Of a stretch of DNA of 64,000 bases, positions 59,001 to 64,000 are shown in pieces. The notes under the pieces are model-generated. The model saw nothing but the letters and a program-made list of their open reading frames with translations. It was not told the origin of the DNA and searched no databases. The stretch comes from Eledone cirrhosa. Taxonomy: Eukaryota. Each line of letters begins with the position of its first letter. Positions within the stretch are counted from its first letter, which is position 1. Made by a program: the position numbers and the translations under genes. The DNA lies in contig OZ024744.1 in the NCBI GenBank assembly GCA_964016885.1, positions 136,028,001-136,092,000 on the forward strand, read 5' to 3'.

Positions 59001-62000
59001 ATCATGATAGAAGAAATAACATGAATCCAGAGGAGAGAGAAGTTTATCTACAGAATAGAAGTGGAGATCATGATAGAAGAAATAACATGAATCCAGAGGA
59101 GAGAGAAGCTTATCTACAGAATAGAAGAAGTGGAGATCATGATAGAAGAAATAACATGAATCCAGAGGAGAGAGAAGCTTCTCTACAGAATAGAAGTGGA
59201 GATCATGGTAGAAGAAATAACATGAATCCAGAGGAGAGAGAAGTTTATCTACAGAATAGAAGTGGAGATCATGGTAGAAGAAATAACATGAATCCAGAGG
59301 AGAGAGAAGTTTATCTACAGAATAAAAGAAGTGGAGATCATGGTAGAAGAAATAACATGAATCCAGCGGAGAGAGAAGCTTATCTACAGAATAGAAGTGG
59401 AGATCATGGTAGAAGAAATAACATGAATCCAGAGGAGAGAGAAGTTTATCTACAGAATAAAAGAAGTGGAGATCATGGTAGAAGAAATAACATGAATCCA
59501 GCGGAGAGAGAAGCTTATCTACAGAATAGAAGTGGAGATCATGGTAGAAGAAATAACATGAATCCAGAGGAGAGAGAAGTATTTCTACAGAATAGAAGAA
59601 GTGGAGATCATGGTAGAAGAAATAACATGAATCCAGAGGAGAGAGAGGCTTATCTACAGAATAGAAGTGGAAATCATGATAGAAGAAATAACATGAATCC
59701 AGAGGAGAGAGAAGCTTATCTACAGAATAGAAGTGGAGATCATGATAGAAGAAATAACATGAATCCAGAGGAGAGAGAAGCTTATCTACAGAATAGAAGT
59801 GGAGATCATGATAGAAGAAATAACATGAATCCAGAGGAGAGAGAAGCTTATCTACAGAATAGAAGTGGAGATCATGATAGAAGAAATAACATGAATCCAG
59901 AGGAGAGAGAAGTATTTCTACAGAATAGAAGAAGTGGAGATCATGGTAGAAGAAATAACATGAATCCAGAGGAGAGAGAAGTTTATCTACAGAATAAAAG
60001 AAGTGGAGATCATGGTAGAAGAAATAACATGAATCCAGAGGAGAGAGAAGTTTATCTACAGAATAGAAGTGGAGATCATGGTAGAAGAAATAACATGAAT
60101 CCAGAGGAGAGAGAAGTTTATCTACAGAATAGAAGAAGTGGAGATCATGATAGAAGAAATAACATGAATCCAGAGGAGAGAGAAGTTTATCTACAGAATA
60201 GAAGAAGTGGAGATCATGATAGAAGAAATAACATGAATCCAGAGGAGAGAGAAGCTTATCTACAGAATAGAAGAAGTGGAGATCATGATAGAAGAAATAA
60301 CATGAATCCAGAGGAGAGAGAAGTTTATCTACAGAATAGAAGAAGTGGAGATCATGATAGAAGAAATAACATGAATCCAGAGGAGAGAGAAGTTTATCTA
60401 CAGAATAGAAGTGGAGATCATGATAGAAGAAATAACATGAATCCAGAGGAGAGAGAAGCTTATCTACAGAATAGAAGAAGTGGAGATCATGATAGAAGAA
60501 ATAACATGAATCCAGAGGAGAGAGAAGCTTCTCTACAGAATAGAAGTGGAGATCATGGTAGAAGAAATAACATGAATCCAGAGGAGAGAGAAGTTTATCT
60601 ACAGAATAGAAGTGGAGATCATGGTAGAAGAAATAACATGAATCCAGAGGAGAGAGAAGTTTATCTACAGAATAAAAGAAGTGGAGATCATGGTAGAAGA
60701 AATAACATGAATCCAGAGGAGAGAGAAGCTTATCTACAGAATAGAAGTGGAGATCATGATAGAAGAAATAACATGAATCCAGAGGAGAGAGAAGCTTATC
60801 TACAGAATAGAAGAAGTGGAGATCATGATAGAAGAAATAACATGAATCCAGAGGAGAGAGAAGCTTCTCTACAGAATAGAAGTGGAGATCATGGTAGAAG
60901 AAATAACATGAATCCAGAGGAGAGAGAAGTTTATCTACAGAATAGAAGTGGAGATCATGGTAGAAGAAATAACATGAATCCAGAGGAGAGAGAAGTTTAT
61001 CTACAGAATAAAAGAAGTGGAGATCATGGTAGAAGAAATAACATGAATCCAGAGGAGAGAGAAGTTTATCTACAGAATAGAAGAAGTGGAGATCATGACA
61101 GAAAAATAACAGGAATCCAGAGGAGAGAGAAGTTTATCTACAGAATAGAAGTGGAGATCATGGTAGAAGAAATAACATGAATCCAGAGGAGAGAGAAGTT
61201 TATCTACAGAATAAAAGAAGTGGAGATCATGGTAGAAGAAATAACATGAATCCAGAGGAGAGAGAAGTTTATCTACAGAATAAAAGAAGTGGAGATCATG
61301 GTAGAAGAAATAACATGAATCCAGAGGAGAGAGAAGCTTATCTACAGAATAGAAGAAGTGGAGATCATGATAGAAGAAATAACATGAATCCAGAGGAGAG
61401 AGAAGTTTATCTACAGAATAGAAGAAGTGGAGATCATGATAGAAGAAATAACATGAATCCAGAGGAGAGAGAAGTTTATCTACAGAATAGAAGAAGTGGA
61501 GATCATGATAGAAGAAATAACATGAATCCAGAGGAGAGAGAAGCTTATCTACAGAATAGAAGAAGTGGAGATCATGATAGAAGAAATAACATGAATCCAG
61601 AGGAGAGAGAAGTTTATCTACAGAATAGAAGAAGTGGAGATCATGATAGAAGAAATAACATGAATCCAGAGGAGAGAGAAGTTTATCTACAGAATAGAAG
61701 TGGAGATCATGATAGAAGAAATAACATGAATCCAGAGGAGAGACAAGCTTATCTACAGAATAGAAGAAGTGGAGATCATGATAGAAGAAATAACATGAAT
61801 CCAGAGGAGGGAGAAGCTTCTCTACAGAATAGAAGTGGAGATCATGGTAGAAGAAATAACATGAATCCAGAGGAGAGAGAAGTTTATCTACAGAATAGAA
61901 GTGGAGATCATGGTAGAAGAAATAACATGAATCCAGAGGAGAGAGAAGTTTATCTACAGAATAAAAGAAGTGGAGATCATGGTAGAAGAAATAACATGAA

Positions 62001-64000
62001 TCCAGAGGAGAGAGAAGTTTATCTACAGAATAAAAGAAGTGGAGATCATGGTAGAAGAAATAACATGAATCCAGAGGAGAGAGAGGCTTATCTACAGAAT
62101 AGAAGTGGAAATCATGATAGAAGAAATAACATGAATCCAGAGGAGAGAGAAGCTTATCTACAGAATAGAAGTGGAGATCATGATAGAAGAAATAACATGA
62201 ATCCAGAGGAGAGAGAAGCTTATCTACAGAATAGAAGTGGAGATCATGATAGAAGAAATAACATGAATCCAGAGGAGAGAGTAGCTTATCTACAGAATAG
62301 AAGTGGAGATCATGATAGAAGAAATAACATGAATCCAGAGGAGAGAGAAGTATTTCTACAGAATAGAAGAAGTGGAGATCATGGTAGAAGAAATAACATG
62401 AATCCAGAGGAGAGAGAAGTTTATCTACAGAATAGAAGTGGAGATCATGATAGAAGAAATAACATGAATCCAGAGTAGAGAGTAGCTTATCTACAGAATA
62501 GAAGAAGTGGAGATCATGATAGAAGAAATAAGATGAATCCAGAGGAGAGAGAAGCTTCCCTACAGAATAGAAGTGGAGATCATGGTAGAAGAAATAACAT
62601 GAATCCAGAGGAGAGAGAAGCTTATCTACAGAATAGAAGAAGTGGAGATCATGATAGAAGAAATAACATGAATCCAGAGGAGAGAGAAGCTTCTCTACAG
62701 AATAGAAGTGGAGATCATGGTAGAAGAAATAACATGAATCCAGAGGAGAGAGAAGTTTATCTACAGAATAGAAGAAGTGGAAATCATGATAGAAGAAATA
62801 ACATGAATCCAGAGGAGAGAGAAGTTTATCTACAGAATAGAAGTGGAGATCATGATATAAGAAATAACATGAATCCAGAGGAGAGAGAAGCTTATCTACA
62901 GAATAGAAGTGGAGATCATGGTAGAAGAAATAACATGAATCCAGAGGAGAGAGAAGTTTATCTACAGAATAAAAGAAGTGGAGATCATGGTAGAAGAAAT
63001 AACATGAATCCAGAGGAGAGAGAAGTTTATCTACAGAATAGAAGTGGAGATCATGGTAGAAGAAATAACATGAATCCAGAGGAGAGAGAAGTTTATCTAC
63101 AGAATAGAAGAAGTGGAGATCATGATAGAAGAAATAACATGAATCCAGAGGAGAGAGAAGTTTATCTACAGAATAGAAGAAGTGGAGATCATGATAGAAG
63201 AAATAACATGAATCCAGAGGAGAGAGAAGCTTATCTACAGAATAGAAGAAGTGGAGATCATGATAGAAGAAATAACATGAATCCAGAGGAGAGAGAAGTT
63301 TATCTACAGAATAGAAGAAGTGGAGATCATGATAGAAGAAATAACATGAATCCAGAGGAGAGAGAAGTTTATCTACAGAATAGAAGTGGAGATCATGATA
63401 GAAGAAATAACATGAATCCAGAGGAGAGAGAAGCTTATCTACAGAATAGAAGAAGTGGAGATCATGATAGAAGAAATAACATGAATCCAGAGGAGAGAGA
63501 AGCTTCTCTACAGAATAGAAGTGGAGATCATGGTAGAAGAAATAACATGAATCCAGAGGAGAGAGAAGTTTATCTACAGAATAGAAGTGGAGATCATGGT
63601 AGAAGAAATAACATGAATCCAGAGGAGAGAGAAGTTTATCTACAGAATAAAAGAAGTGGAGATCATGGTAGAAGAAATAACATGAATCCAGCGGAGAGAG
63701 AAGCTTATCTACAGAATAGAAGTGGAGATCATGGTAGAAGAAATAACATGAATCCAGCGGAGAGAGAAGCTTATCTACAGAATAGAAGTGGAGATCATGG
63801 TAGAAGAAATAACATGAATCCAGAGGAGAGAGAAGTATTTCTACAGAATAGAAGAAGTGGAGATCATGGTAGAAGAAATAACATGAATCCAGAGGAGAGA
63901 GAGGCTTATCTACAGAATAGAAGTGGAAATCATGATAGAAGAAATAACATGAATCCAGAGGAGAGAGAAGCTTATCTACAGAATAGAAGTGGAGATCATG
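13495..64000 (+). repeat. Giant tandem array of 66/69-bp monomers (~750 copies in window; continues past the end)
   Basis: Consensus ATGAATCCAGAGGAGAGAGAAG(T/C)TTATCTACAGAAT[AGA/AAA/-]AGAAGTGGAGATCATG(A/G)TAGAAGAAATAAC. ATG spacing is 66 (13495-13561) or 69 (13561-13630). No foreign insertion seen in 50.5 kb. Confidence 0.99.

Noticed and set aside
13495-62478. Five separate genes, as the ORF track suggests
   Set aside because: All encode the same repeat. The boundaries are single indels, one deletion or one stop inside a continuous array.
13495-64000. CRISPR-like array
   Set aside because: Monomers are contiguous with no unique spacers, no cas genes are present, and the context is eukaryotic.
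13495-64000. Array as a pure assembly artefact
   Set aside because: Linked variant types, position-specific private markers and a diverged in-frame leader indicate real biological structure. Total length and individual block duplications could still be misassembled.

Overview
Eukaryotic (animal) genomic DNA. The SINE/RTE families and the C2H2 gene type resemble those of octopus, but this is an inference. Positions 1-13.0 kb are a nest of decayed transposons. (i) A minus-strand LINE ORF1 carries a tRNA-derived SINE and a complete Gypsy (Mag-like) LTR retrotransposon, which itself contains a solo LTR. (ii) A minus-strand RTE LINE has a non-autonomous copy of its own family inserted in it. (iii) There is an 8-finger C2H2 zinc-finger exon and an internally deleted Tc1 element. 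From 13,495 to the window end lies a >50 kb tandem array of 66/69-bp monomers (~750 copies). It reads as a nearly uninterrupted 22/23-aa repeat, MNPEERE(V/A)YLQN(R/K/-)RSGDH(D/G)RRNN. The 23-aa form lines up with STPR DNA-binding repeats. The array is preceded in frame by a diverged, stop-containing leader, a canonical intron and a Helitron-like 5' terminus. Best model: a satellite-scale array that grew out of the STPR-like N-terminal repeats of a Helitron-type ORF. Whether it is translated cannot be decided from sequence alone.
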